Shown: in pieces, positions 49,272 through 58,577 of the stretch
Layout: the number at the start of each line of letters is the position of its first letter
Position numbering within the stretch: the stretch's first letter is position 1
DNA from: an uncultured Mycoplasmatota bacterium
GTDB lineage: Bacteria > Bacillota_I > Bacilli_A > RF39 > UBA660
Length of the DNA: 58,577 bases
Assembly: GCA_949288035.1 (NCBI GenBank)
Contig: CASEIJ010000046.1
Location: 1-58,577, forward strand
Reading direction: 5' to 3'
Program-made: the position numbers and the translations under genes
The notes under the pieces: model-generated
The model's database searches: none
What the model was told of the DNA's origin: nothing
The model's input: only the letters and a program-made list of their open reading frames with translations

Positions 49272-50510
49272 ATGAATTTATTCGAAGGGCTAGTATTAAA
49301 CTTTATATTTATTATTTTTCCAATGTTACTATATTTATTTTATTTAGTGCAAGTTAGTAATACCAAACAGAAAGATCATGATTTATTTTTAGATTTTGCT
49401 TTCATTTCATCTCTTTATTTATGTATTCGTTATGGTATGAGATTATTTCCCATTCCAACGATGTTTTTTATTACCATTCCTCTTTTTCTGGCATATCAAA
49501 AACATCATAGTATATGTGCGATTACATATAGTTTTATTTTACTATCGATTCAAGTTTCTTATTATCAAAGATCTGTATATATATTTATTGGAACATATCT
49601 TCTTTATTTTCTACTTTATGAGTGTTATCACTATAAGAAACTACGTCGTAAGAATATGATGCTTTATTTCTTATTGAGTAATGTTTTTACAACACTATTT
49701 TATATGATATATACGAATAAATTATCAGAAGTAATCGGAATTCAATTACCTATCTTGATCGGTGCAACATTTATTATCACTTATTTAGCATGTCGTTTTA
49801 TTGATAAAGGAAATGAAATCGTCAACTTTCATATTTCTTTAAAAGAAATAGAAAAACAAAAACAATTTCAAAATAGTCTTTTTAAAATAACTCATGAAAT
49901 TAAAAATCCAATTGCAGTATGTAAAGGTTATTTGGATATGTTTGATATCAATAATCAAGAACATAGTCAGAAATATGTTCCTATTATAAAAGAAGAAATA
50001 GAAAGAACATTAGTTTTAATCCAAGACTTTCTAGCTACAAGTCATGTTAAAATTAATTCTGAAGAAATGGATATGAATTTATTATTAGAAGAAGTTATCC
50101 ATAATTTTAAGCCAATCTTAAAACAGAAAAAAATCATATTAGATGCATCTATAGATGATAGGGAATACTATATGATGGGAGATTATTATAGACTGAATCA
50201 AGTCTTGATTAATCTATTAAAGAATGCGGTAGAAGCGATGAAAGAAAAAGGAAAACTCCATATCCATACAGAAGTAGATCATCAAAACTTAATGATTTAT
50301 ATTAAAGATAATGGGGAAGGTATTTCTGATGAGAATTTAAAAAAGATTGCTGAACCATTTTTTACAACAAAAGAACATGGAACTGGACTCGGAGTAGGAT
50401 TATCGATGGAAATTGTCAAAAAACACCACGGTTCCATCCAATATCATTCTAAACTAGGTATCGGAACAACAGTTGTTCTCACATTTCCTTTACTTGCTAT
50501 TTATGAGTAA
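49272..50510 (+). CDS. orphan membrane sensor histidine kinase (sporulation kinase-like)
   Basis: Multi-TM N-terminus, THEIKNP H-box, NLLKNAVEA, DNGEG, FFTTK, GTGLG; no adjacent response regulator. Confidence 0.88.
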   Translation: MNLFEGLVLNFIFIIFPMLLYLFYLVQVSNTKQKDHDLFLDFAFISSLYLCIRYGMRLFPIPTMFFITIPLFLAYQKHHSICAITYSFILLSIQVSYYQRSVYIFIGTYLLYFLLYECYHYKKLRRKNMMLYFLLSNVFTTLFYMIYTNKLSEVIGIQLPILIGATFIITYLACRFIDKGNEIVNFHISLKEIEKQKQFQNSLFKITHEIKNPIAVCKGYLDMFDINNQEHSQKYVPIIKEEIERTLVLIQDFLATSHVKINSEEMDMNLLLEEVIHNFKPILKQKKIILDASIDDREYYMMGDYYRLNQVLINLLKNAVEAMKEKGKLHIHTEVDHQNLMIYIKDNGEGISDENLKKIAEPFFTTKEHGTGLGVGLSMEIVKKHHGSIQYHSKLGIGTTVVLTFPLLAIYE

Positions 50511-50578
50511 TTGTCAAGTACTTGGAAATTAAATTTACAGAGTTTTAGAATTCATGTATAATAACGATAGGTGATACT

Positions 50579-51637
50579 ATGAATCAAAGATTAAAAATTA
50601 TGGCTGTATCTGGTACCTTATATGAAAAAGGAGTACAGATGGGAAAAGCTTTTCGTAAGACAATTCAATCAGAAATAGAATTTATTCCAGAACTATGGAA
50701 AGAAGAAGATATTTGTGATCGCTTTTTAATTGTAAAAAAGAAATTAGAAGAAAAATATGCTGACCTATTAGAAGAAGTATATGGAAGAGCAGATGGTGCG
50801 GAAGTAAAAAGAGATGATTATCTTTTATACCTTTGTAAAGAAATATATACTTATCATGATTCATGTACTGATATTATTGTTAAAAATCATAATCATGAAA
50901 TAGTAGGGGGACATAATGAAGATGGAAATTATCACTTAGATAATACTGCTTTAGTAAAATATCAAACAGATTATGGTTATTTATGTGACTTTTTTTCTAC
51001 GGATACATTAGCAGGTGGTAATTTCTGTTGGAATAGTCATGGTATGATTTTTACAGGAAATTCTATTTATGTAAAACATATGAATCATATTGGTATTCCT
51101 GTTTGGTTTATTTTAAGAAGAGTCGTAGATGCTAGAAGCATGGAAGAAGTTCTTGCTTTATTTGATAATCAAGATGCGGCAAGTGGTTATAATTTAAATA
51201 TCACGGATACCAATGCCAAACGTTCTGTTTCGATTGAGTATCGTTTAGATATTCGTTCCGTGATTGAAATCAATGAGAAATTTGCTCATTCTAACCACTT
51301 TACGACAGAAGTAGGATTACCAATTTCTAAAAAAGGCTCTAACTCGAAATTTCGTCTACAAAAATCATTAGAATTTTTAAATAAATATTCATTGAATTAC
51401 CGCCGTGTCGATGAAAAAGATATCTTAAATATCTTACAATATCGTGGTAAGACTCCAAAAACTTCTATATTAGATACAAAATATCCAGATATTACTGCCG
51501 CTACATTTTTATACAATACCAAACGCCAACTTGTGATTTACTGTTATTTAGACCATTATAAATATCGTATTAGTTATGATATGAGTAATTTATTTTCTGA
51601 TGAATGTGAAAGTAGCATGGAATTATTTTCTATTTAA
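50579..51637 (+). CDS. C45-family Ntn-hydrolase / acyltransferase-like peptidase
   Basis: N-terminal G..YE.G.Q.G, S-C-T-D nucleophile site, GHNED, NSHG, HSNH. Confidence 0.8.
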   Translation: MNQRLKIMAVSGTLYEKGVQMGKAFRKTIQSEIEFIPELWKEEDICDRFLIVKKKLEEKYADLLEEVYGRADGAEVKRDDYLLYLCKEIYTYHDSCTDIIVKNHNHEIVGGHNEDGNYHLDNTALVKYQTDYGYLCDFFSTDTLAGGNFCWNSHGMIFTGNSIYVKHMNHIGIPVWFILRRVVDARSMEEVLALFDNQDAASGYNLNITDTNAKRSVSIEYRLDIRSVIEINEKFAHSNHFTTEVGLPISKKGSNSKFRLQKSLEFLNKYSLNYRRVDEKDILNILQYRGKTPKTSILDTKYPDITAATFLYNTKRQLVIYCYLDHYKYRISYDMSNLFSDECESSMELFSI

Positions 51638-51659
51638 TATGTGGGTATAATAAAAGAAT

Positions 51660-53375
51660 CTATGATTGTTTCATAGATTCTTTCTTGTTTCTTTTAATAT
51701 CCATAATAACTGGTAAAATAATTGGCTTACGTCCTGTTTCTTCATAAATATATTCACTTAAACGTGCTGTAATTTCACCTTTTACTTCTGTATAATTCAA
51801 GTGATTTTTACATTTATTGATAATTGCTTTTTTAGATATATCTTCTAATCTTTTTAATAATTCCATATTATCATTGACTAGAACAAAACCACGTGTCGTA
51901 ATATTTACTTTACCAAGTAATTGATTGGTATTGGAATCGATATTTGCAATTACAACGACAATTCCATCATTGGCCATAATCTTACGATCTTTAATGACAG
52001 CATTCCCAACATCACCAATACGATTTCCATCAATATAGACATCTCCAGCTTGAATATTACCAGCTCTTGTAATTTTCCCTTTATACATAGAAAGAACATC
52101 TCCATTTCCACATACAAAGGTATTTTCTCTTGGTATACCACAAAGTACACCTGTATCCGCATGACGCTTTAACATACGATAATCACCATGGAATGGCATA
52201 AAATATTTTGGCTTTATTAAACGTAACATTAACTTTTGTTCTTCTTGACTAGCATGTCCTGATGTATGAATGGTACTAAGAGAGGTATTGGTAAATACTT
52301 CAACCCCTTTTAAATATAATTTATTAACTGTTCTAGCAATACTTAAAGCATTTCCAGGAATCGGACTAGATGAGAAAACAACTGTATCATTTGGTTTTAA
52401 TTTGATTTGACGGTGTGTCCCATTGGCAATACGAGAAAGGGCAGCTAATGGTTCACCCTGTGATCCAGTACAAAGTAAACATACTTTTTGATCTGGCATA
52501 CGATTTGCTTCTTCGGCAGTAATAAAAATATCTTTATTAGTAATATATCCACCTTGAATAGAAATTTCTATATTCGTTTCCATACTACGTCCAAATGTTA
52601 CAATCTTTCTTCCATTTCTCTGGCAAGTATCTACAATATGTTTTAAACGATAAATATTACTTGCAAATGTCGCAATAATAATTCTTCCCTTATGTTTATA
52701 TCTTGTAAATATTTCACTTAAAGCATTATCTACGGTTGACTCACTGGCACTCATACCTTCATTTAAAGCATTGGTAGAATCACTCATTAAAAGAGTAACT
52801 CCTCTTTCACCAATTCGTGCCATTTTATGTAAATTTGCCATAGGTCCAATTGGTGTTAAATCAAATTTAAAGTCTCCCGTTGTTACAATTGTTCCATTTG
52901 GAGTTGTGATACAAATACCGTGTGAATCAGGAATCGAGTGAGTTGTTCTGAAAAACTCAACTGTAAAGTGTTTAAATTTTACTTTTGTATCTTCCATATA
53001 GGTATACAGTGTTTTATATTGAATATTTCTTTCTTGTAATTTTTTTTGAATTAGCCCAATTGCTTGATTTGGAGCATATATGGCAGGAATATTTACAGTT
53101 TGCAATAAAAAAGGAATTCCTCCAATATGATCTTCATGTCCGTGCGTAATAAATAAAGCTTTAATTTTCTTTTCATTTTTCTTTAAAAAAGTAAAGTCTG
53201 GAATTACATAATCAATTCCCATTAATTCTCCACCAGGAAAAGTAATACCGGCATCTGTAATAATAATTTCATCTTTATGCATGAAACAATACATATTTTT
53301 TCCGACTTCGCCTAATCCTCCCAGTGCAAAGATTTTCGTATCTTCACCTTTCATATCATTTTTTAAAAATTTCAT
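51660..53375 (-). CDS. rnjA: ribonuclease J1
   Basis: LGGLGEVGKN, THGHEDHIG, HSIPD, TGSQGEP and HTSGH motifs. Confidence 0.95.
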   Translation of the reverse strand: MKFLKNDMKGEDTKIFALGGLGEVGKNMYCFMHKDEIIITDAGITFPGGELMGIDYVIPDFTFLKKNEKKIKALFITHGHEDHIGGIPFLLQTVNIPAIYAPNQAIGLIQKKLQERNIQYKTLYTYMEDTKVKFKHFTVEFFRTTHSIPDSHGICITTPNGTIVTTGDFKFDLTPIGPMANLHKMARIGERGVTLLMSDSTNALNEGMSASESTVDNALSEIFTRYKHKGRIIIATFASNIYRLKHIVDTCQRNGRKIVTFGRSMETNIEISIQGGYITNKDIFITAEEANRMPDQKVCLLCTGSQGEPLAALSRIANGTHRQIKLKPNDTVVFSSSPIPGNALSIARTVNKLYLKGVEVFTNTSLSTIHTSGHASQEEQKLMLRLIKPKYFMPFHGDYRMLKRHADTGVLCGIPRENTFVCGNGDVLSMYKGKITRAGNIQAGDVYIDGNRIGDVGNAVIKDRKIMANDGIVVVIANIDSNTNQLLGKVNITTRGFVLVNDNMELLKRLEDISKKAIINKCKNHLNYTEVKGEITARLSEYIYEETGRKPIILPVIMDIKRNKKESMKQS

Positions 53376-53512
53376 TTGATCTCCTTTCTTTTTAGATTCC
53401 CGACCTATAAAATAAAAAAATTTTTTTCACACGTTTCAAATTTAACGATATCATTATAAACTTTTTTTTTGCTTTTGTCTAGTCAGTGTGTTAATATGAT
53501 AGTGGTGATTGT

Positions 53513-54106
53513 ATGAATTTAAGTACTTTAAAAAGAGAAATTGTTTATTTAGTAGAAGATGAATTACAAAAAAATGGAATTCTTTCTTATGACGGATATC
53601 AAGATGATATTAGAGAACTTTTAACCTTTTTCTTAGATCAAAGAGTAGATTATAATGAGATTCCTAAAATGATTATAGAGATGTTTTTAAACCCTCCAGA
53701 AGTTTATTTTATCAAGCAAGATGGAACATATGACTCTTATAAGTTATCAGCTACAGAACTCCATCAACAAGCGATTTTTGCTTATAGTTTTCAATATTTA
53801 TCTACCCATCCAGAAGACCAAGAATTAGAAAAAGTATTTCACACCGCATCCGTAAATGATATGATGAGATGTCTTTATGAAAGAGGAATTACCATTATGA
53901 GAGTTTTTCACAATGCAATTGTTGGTGAAAGTTTTGCTGTTACAACACCAATTCCTGAAACAGAAGAAAAAGTAAAAGAAACTTATGAGAAGTTAAAAGA
54001 AAAATTAAGCGCTGAGAAAAAAGGAAAAATAAAGTTTGAAACATGTTCTTTAGAAAACTTTGATTATGATTTTGTTGAGGATATGGGAAATAATCATAAA
54101 AAATAA
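53513..54106 (+). CDS. hypothetical protein
   Basis: GGTGA RBS, own terminator-like hairpin at ~54102-54134; no motif. Confidence 0.55.
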   Translation: MNLSTLKREIVYLVEDELQKNGILSYDGYQDDIRELLTFFLDQRVDYNEIPKMIIEMFLNPPEVYFIKQDGTYDSYKLSATELHQQAIFAYSFQYLSTHPEDQELEKVFHTASVNDMMRCLYERGITIMRVFHNAIVGESFAVTTPIPETEEKVKETYEKLKEKLSAEKKGKIKFETCSLENFDYDFVEDMGNNHKK

Positions 54107-54160
54107 GTGAAGTTCTAGTAATTTCACTTATTTTCGTGTAAAATGAGAATAGGTGATAAC

Positions 54161-55159
54161 ATGGGATTATTTGACAAATTTAAACGTATTTTAAAAGTAA
54201 ATACAGAAGAAGAAAAAAAAGAATTACAAAGTTATGATAAAGGATTAGAAAAAACAACGAAAGAAATGCAGACAAAACTAACCCAATTAAGTAAAAGACA
54301 TAAGCAAATTGATGATGCTTATTTTGAAGAATTAGAAGATATTTTAATTACAGCAGATATTGGAGTTCATACGGTAATGAGCTTTATGGATCGTTTAAAA
54401 AAACGTGTCAAAGAAGAAGCAATTCAAGATGTAGAAGACTTAAAAGAGATTATTGTAGATGAAATGTTTGTCATTTACGTAAATAATCAAATTTTAGTCA
54501 ATAAAATCAATTATAATCCAGATGGATTAACTGTATTATTATTTGTTGGGGTGAATGGCGTAGGAAAAACTACAACCATTGGTAAACTTGCAAATAAGTT
54601 AAGAAAAGAAGGGAAGAAAGTTTTATTAATTGCTGGTGATACCTTTCGTGCTGGAGCAACAGAACAATTAGTAGAATGGGCGAATCGTACTCATACAGAT
54701 GTTGTATGGAAAGAAAATAGAGATCCCTCTAGTGTCATTTATGATGGTTTAGAAAAAGCAGTCAATGAGAAATACGATATCGCATTAATTGATACCGCAG
54801 GTCGTTTACAAAATAAAGATGGATTAATGAAAGAATTAGAAAAAATGAATCGTGTCATTGGTAAAATCGTACCAAATGCACCACATGAAACATTACTAGT
54901 CATCGATGCGACAACCGGTCAAAATGGGATTCAACAAGCAAAAAGCTTTAAAGAAATTACCAATATTACAGGGATTGTTTTAACAAAATTAGATGGTACT
55001 GCCAAAGGTGGAATCGTTTTAGCAATTAAAGAGGAAGTAGATATTCCCGTTAAATATGTAGGACTTGGAGAAAAAGAAGAAGATCTGAGAGTCTTTGATA
55101 TTGAAAAATATATTTATGGATTATTTAAAGGGTTTGTAGGTGATGATGATGAAAAGTAG
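54161..55159 (+). CDS. ftsY: SRP receptor FtsY
   Basis: [32 protein letters not shown] and GLGE motifs. Confidence 0.96.
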   Translation: MGLFDKFKRILKVNTEEEKKELQSYDKGLEKTTKEMQTKLTQLSKRHKQIDDAYFEELEDILITADIGVHTVMSFMDRLKKRVKEEAIQDVEDLKEIIVDEMFVIYVNNQILVNKINYNPDGLTVLLFVGVNGVGKTTTIGKLANKLRKEGKKVLLIAGDTFRAGATEQLVEWANRTHTDVVWKENRDPSSVIYDGLEKAVNEKYDIALIDTAGRLQNKDGLMKELEKMNRVIGKIVPNAPHETLLVIDATTGQNGIQQAKSFKEITNITGIVLTKLDGTAKGGIVLAIKEEVDIPVKYVGLGEKEEDLRVFDIEKYIYGLFKGFVGDDDEK

Positions 55160-55433
55160 TTTAGAAGAAACAAAAATTCCTGGTCTTTATACATGGCAAC
55201 AAAAAATGGGACTATTTACACAATTTATTTCATTTGTAATTTTCCTCATTTGTTTTATTTTAAATATTATAGGTAAATTAGATACTGCTTGGTTATTTCT
55301 AATTTTAGTTGTATTATTACTTTCTATGGCTTATAATAATTATAGTATCTTTAAACGTAAATACTTTACCATATGTTATCTTGTGGGCGCTATTTTATGT
55401 TTAGGGTTATTTGGAGGTATGTTACTTGGATAA
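55149..55433 (+). CDS. small 3-TM membrane protein
   Basis: Three hydrophobic segments; overlaps ftsY and ylxM; exact start uncertain (55140-55149). Confidence 0.6.
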   Translation: MKSSLEETKIPGLYTWQQKMGLFTQFISFVIFLICFILNIIGKLDTAWLFLILVVLLLSMAYNNYSIFKRKYFTICYLVGAILCLGLFGGMLLG

Positions 55434-55716
55434 GAGAAGTAAGATCATTATCTTATATGATTATTACAAAGAATTACTAACTAAAAAACAACAAATATAC
55501 TTTGAAGGATATTATTTTGAAAATGAATCATTACAAGAACTCAGCGAAGAATATGATGTAAGTCGTAATGCGATTCATAAACAAGTAAAAGAAACAGAAG
55601 AAAAATTACAAGAATATGAAAATAAACTTGGTTTATATCATAAAAGAATAAAAATATTACAATTAATTGAAAACTTAGATGAGAAAACAAAAGAACAAAT
55701 AGAAACACTAATATAA
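55426..55716 (+). CDS. ylxM: YlxM/UPF0122 HTH protein
   Basis: LYDYYxELLTxKQ..YF..YY....SLxE..E...VSRxA..LxEYExKLGL; TTG start after GGAGG. Confidence 0.88.
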   Translation: MDKRSKIIILYDYYKELLTKKQQIYFEGYYFENESLQELSEEYDVSRNAIHKQVKETEEKLQEYENKLGLYHKRIKILQLIENLDEKTKEQIETLI

Positions 55717-55734
55717 AAGGGGAAGGGTGATACT

Positions 55735-57489
55735 ATGTTTGATCATATTAGTTATATTAACAATAATACTGCCGAAGTAAAATTGAAAGAAGGCGTTCCT
55801 CTTCAAGGTAACATTATGAATATGCATGTTATGTTTGAAGATGAAGATAAAAAAATATTAGGAGAAGTAGAAGACATCACAAAAGATAGCGTTAAAGTAA
55901 ACTTTTTAGGAGAAATTGTAAATGGGAAGTTTGTCGGTGGAGTTTTACGTAAACCAAAATTAACAGCTACGATTCGTGTTATTACACCTGATGAAGTGAA
56001 AATGATTGTTGGAGTACCAGCACCTGGTAAATTTTTAATCGGTTATTCACCACTTTATGATGACCAACCAATCTATGTTGATATTAATGATTTATTTAGT
56101 AACCATCTTGCGATTTTTGGTAATACAGGTAGTGGTAAATCATGTGGTGTCGCTCGTATCTTACAAAATGTATTTGAAAATAATTTATTACAACCATATC
56201 GTGCTAACTTCTTTATTTTTGATGCATATGGAGAATATCACAATGCATTTTCTAACTTAAATCAAGTAAATCCAAATTATTTCTTTAAATTTTATACAAC
56301 CAATGAACGTCAAACCGATGGAGAATTACTTCGTATTCCACTTTGGTTATTAGATGTTGATGATTGGGCATTATTACTTCGTGCTACAAACCATTCACAA
56401 ATTCCAATTATCGAAAGAATGCTTAAATTAACACGTATCTTTTCAGAAGATGATGAACAAGCATTAAAATATAAAAATCATTTAATTGCTAAAGCAATTA
56501 TGACAATCCTTTATACCAATCAAACTGCAACTAGTAAAAGAAATGATATTTTTACAATTCTAGAAACTTGTTCAACACCACAGTTTAACTTAGAAGCACC
56601 AGTTCAAGGAATTGGTTATACGAGAAAATTTAGAGAGTGTTTTATTATTGATTCCCAAGGGTCATTTGTTGAAAGTGTTTTAGTTACAAAATATATTTCA
56701 GATTTTATCGATGAAGAATTAGATAAATATGAAACTACAAAACTTAGCTATTTTACTTTAGAAGATGTAGAAAAAGCACTAAACTTTACACTGATTAGTG
56801 AAGGACTTTTAAACAATGATCAGACATATAGTGATGCAGTTACATTAAAAGTAAAATTACATGCGATTGTAATCAGTGAGAATGCGAAATTCTTATCTTA
56901 TCCAAAATTCATTACTATGAATGAATATATCGCATCTTTAGTAGCAGTAGGAAATCATAAAGCACAAATTATTAACTTTAATATGGAAGATATCGATGAT
57001 TGGTTTGCAAAAGTTATTACGAAAATTTATACGAAAATGTTATTTGATTTTACAAAGAACTTACCAAAGCGTGCCTCATTACCATTCCATGTCTTCTTAG
57101 AAGAAGCACACCGTTATGTACAAAACGATTCTGATAAAGACTTAATTGGATATAATATCTTTGAACGTGTTGCGAAAGAAGGACGTAAATATGGTCTTAT
57201 CTTTAATTTAATCAGTCAAAGACCAGTAGAAATATCAGAAACCGTTATCTCACAATGTACGAACTTTATCATCTTTAAAATGAACCATCCTCGTGATCTA
57301 GACTATATTAAAAAGATGTTACCAAATATTAGTGCTGAAATTGTTGAAAAACAAAAAAGTTTACAACCAGGTACTTGTGTCGCATTTGGTAAAGCATTCC
57401 GTGTTCCAATGATTATTCGCATGGAAATGCCAAATCCAGAACCATCTAGTAGTAACTGTGATGTCATCGATACATGGAGTGTTCATTAA
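55735..57489 (+). CDS. HerA/DUF87-family ATPase
   Basis: N-terminal barrel-like region, HLAIFGNTGSGKS, FDAYGEY, FLEEAHRY, AKEGRKYG, ISQRP. Confidence 0.85.
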   Translation: MFDHISYINNNTAEVKLKEGVPLQGNIMNMHVMFEDEDKKILGEVEDITKDSVKVNFLGEIVNGKFVGGVLRKPKLTATIRVITPDEVKMIVGVPAPGKFLIGYSPLYDDQPIYVDINDLFSNHLAIFGNTGSGKSCGVARILQNVFENNLLQPYRANFFIFDAYGEYHNAFSNLNQVNPNYFFKFYTTNERQTDGELLRIPLWLLDVDDWALLLRATNHSQIPIIERMLKLTRIFSEDDEQALKYKNHLIAKAIMTILYTNQTATSKRNDIFTILETCSTPQFNLEAPVQGIGYTRKFRECFIIDSQGSFVESVLVTKYISDFIDEELDKYETTKLSYFTLEDVEKALNFTLISEGLLNNDQTYSDAVTLKVKLHAIVISENAKFLSYPKFITMNEYIASLVAVGNHKAQIINFNMEDIDDWFAKVITKIYTKMLFDFTKNLPKRASLPFHVFLEEAHRYVQNDSDKDLIGYNIFERVAKEGRKYGLIFNLISQRPVEISETVISQCTNFIIFKMNHPRDLDYIKKMLPNISAEIVEKQKSLQPGTCVAFGKAFRVPMIIRMEMPNPEPSSSNCDVIDTWSVH

Positions 57490-57536
57490 AAATCATCATC
57501 AAGATGATTTTTTCTGTAATTAAGGAGGAAACAAAT

Positions 57537-58124
57537 ATGACTCAGTTTCATATAAAACCGTATCAGCAACATAGAAATAACTGTGCTATCGCATGTATGT
57601 TAATGGCTTTAGAATATTATCAAATCATTCCGAAAGCAAATTATTTTTACGAGCGAGAATATGAGAGAAGATATCATTCAAGATATATGGATGGAACTCC
57701 TTTCTCAGCGATTGCTTATCATCTTTCTAAAAATCATCTGAACGTACAATTAATTCATTCAGAAAAAGAGTATTTTACAAATCAAGCACATTTTTTACCA
57801 GGACCTGCATTTCAAAATACCATGCAAGAATATCAAAGTTATTTAAATGGAGTCATAGAAATGGGTGGAGAAGTAAAAACAGGAGTAGATTTGACTGTAT
57901 CATTTTTAAAAGAACAATTACAAAATGGATATCTAATTATTTCAGCGGGAATGGTAGGAAAAGTATTACACGCCATTTTAATATGTGGATATGAATTAGA
58001 TAAATTTACTGTTTGTGATCCTCTTTGTAAGAGACAACAATCTCTCACATGTGAAGAACTGGAAACATTTATGAGTACTCCTATTGGAAAATGGTGTATC
58101 CTTGTAAAAAATGATGTAATATAA
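57537..58124 (+). CDS. C39-like cysteine peptidase
   Basis: YQQ....CAIACMLM, HAILICGY and VCDP catalytic-triad pattern; AAGGAGG RBS. Confidence 0.75.
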   Translation: MTQFHIKPYQQHRNNCAIACMLMALEYYQIIPKANYFYEREYERRYHSRYMDGTPFSAIAYHLSKNHLNVQLIHSEKEYFTNQAHFLPGPAFQNTMQEYQSYLNGVIEMGGEVKTGVDLTVSFLKEQLQNGYLIISAGMVGKVLHAILICGYELDKFTVCDPLCKRQQSLTCEELETFMSTPIGKWCILVKNDVI

Positions 58125-58178
58125 AAAGATAGTTTTAAATGAAATACATTTGTGTTATTTAATAAAGAGGAGATAATT

Positions 58179-58439
58179 ATGGAGAAAGATAACATGAAAC
58201 AATACGTTCCAACAGATATTCGATTAAGAGATTGGATGACTTTAGATACCAGAGTGTCTCATATATTGAGATTATTGATTGAAACAGAAAATATATTAAT
58301 AGAATTAGATGATTATCAACGTGAACATAATCAATGTTATGAAGATTTAGAAGATTTTAATTTAAAGCTATTTGTTTATAGAAATGAATTTACAAAATAT
58401 ATTGATGAACATCCAGAATTACTAGAAATTGATAAGTAG
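58179..58439 (+). CDS. hypothetical protein
   Basis: GAGGAG RBS, 86 aa, helical; no motif. Confidence 0.5.
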   Translation: MEKDNMKQYVPTDIRLRDWMTLDTRVSHILRLLIETENILIELDDYQREHNQCYEDLEDFNLKLFVYRNEFTKYIDEHPELLEIDK

Positions 58440-58577
58440 CTGAGATGAAAAAGTAAACGCAACTTTGAAAAGTTAAATGCAATTTTAAATATGATTTAAT
58501 GTTGATAACAAATAAAACTGAACTTTATTTGGTTTTAAATTGTATCACTTTTATCTCTGTCAAGGGTAAAATGAACG

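Noticed and set aside
55735-58124. HerA-based anti-phage system (Sir2-HerA/Nezha-like) with the C39 peptidase
   Set aside because: No Sir2 or nuclease partner, and a terminator hairpin (57488-57513) separates HerA from the peptidase.

Overview
Low-GC (AT-rich) chromosomal segment of a spore-forming Bacillota/Bacilli bacterium using the standard genetic code. The gene content suggests a reduced-genome, RF39-like gut lineage, but that is inference. The flanks carry housekeeping and sporulation genes: dusB, lysS, ackA, nrnA, prfB with its +1 frameshift, ftsEX, yabG-veg-spoVG-yabP-yabQ-divIC, ponA-recU, engB, der, spoVIF ... spoIVA, rodA, an orphan kinase preceded by tandem Spo0A boxes, rnjA, ftsY, ylxM and a HerA-like ATPase. 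The standout is a ~21 kb locus (24160-45449) between spoVIF and spoIVA. It encodes two intact SipW-type signal peptidases, two catalytically degenerate SipW paralogues, about eight TasA/camelysin-like proteins (most with SipW-class signal peptides) and a 2374-aa Gly-repeat beta-solenoid protein. In the first SipW operon sit a degenerate EAL-like protein, a membrane-anchored McrB-type AAA+ NTPase and a DUF2357 (McrC N-terminal-like) partner with no visible nuclease domain. I read this as a candidate sortase-independent, multi-subunit surface-fibre system with a repurposed McrBC-like motor. No tRNA, rRNA, CRISPR array or mobile element was seen. All family calls come from motif recognition by eye; no database searches were run.
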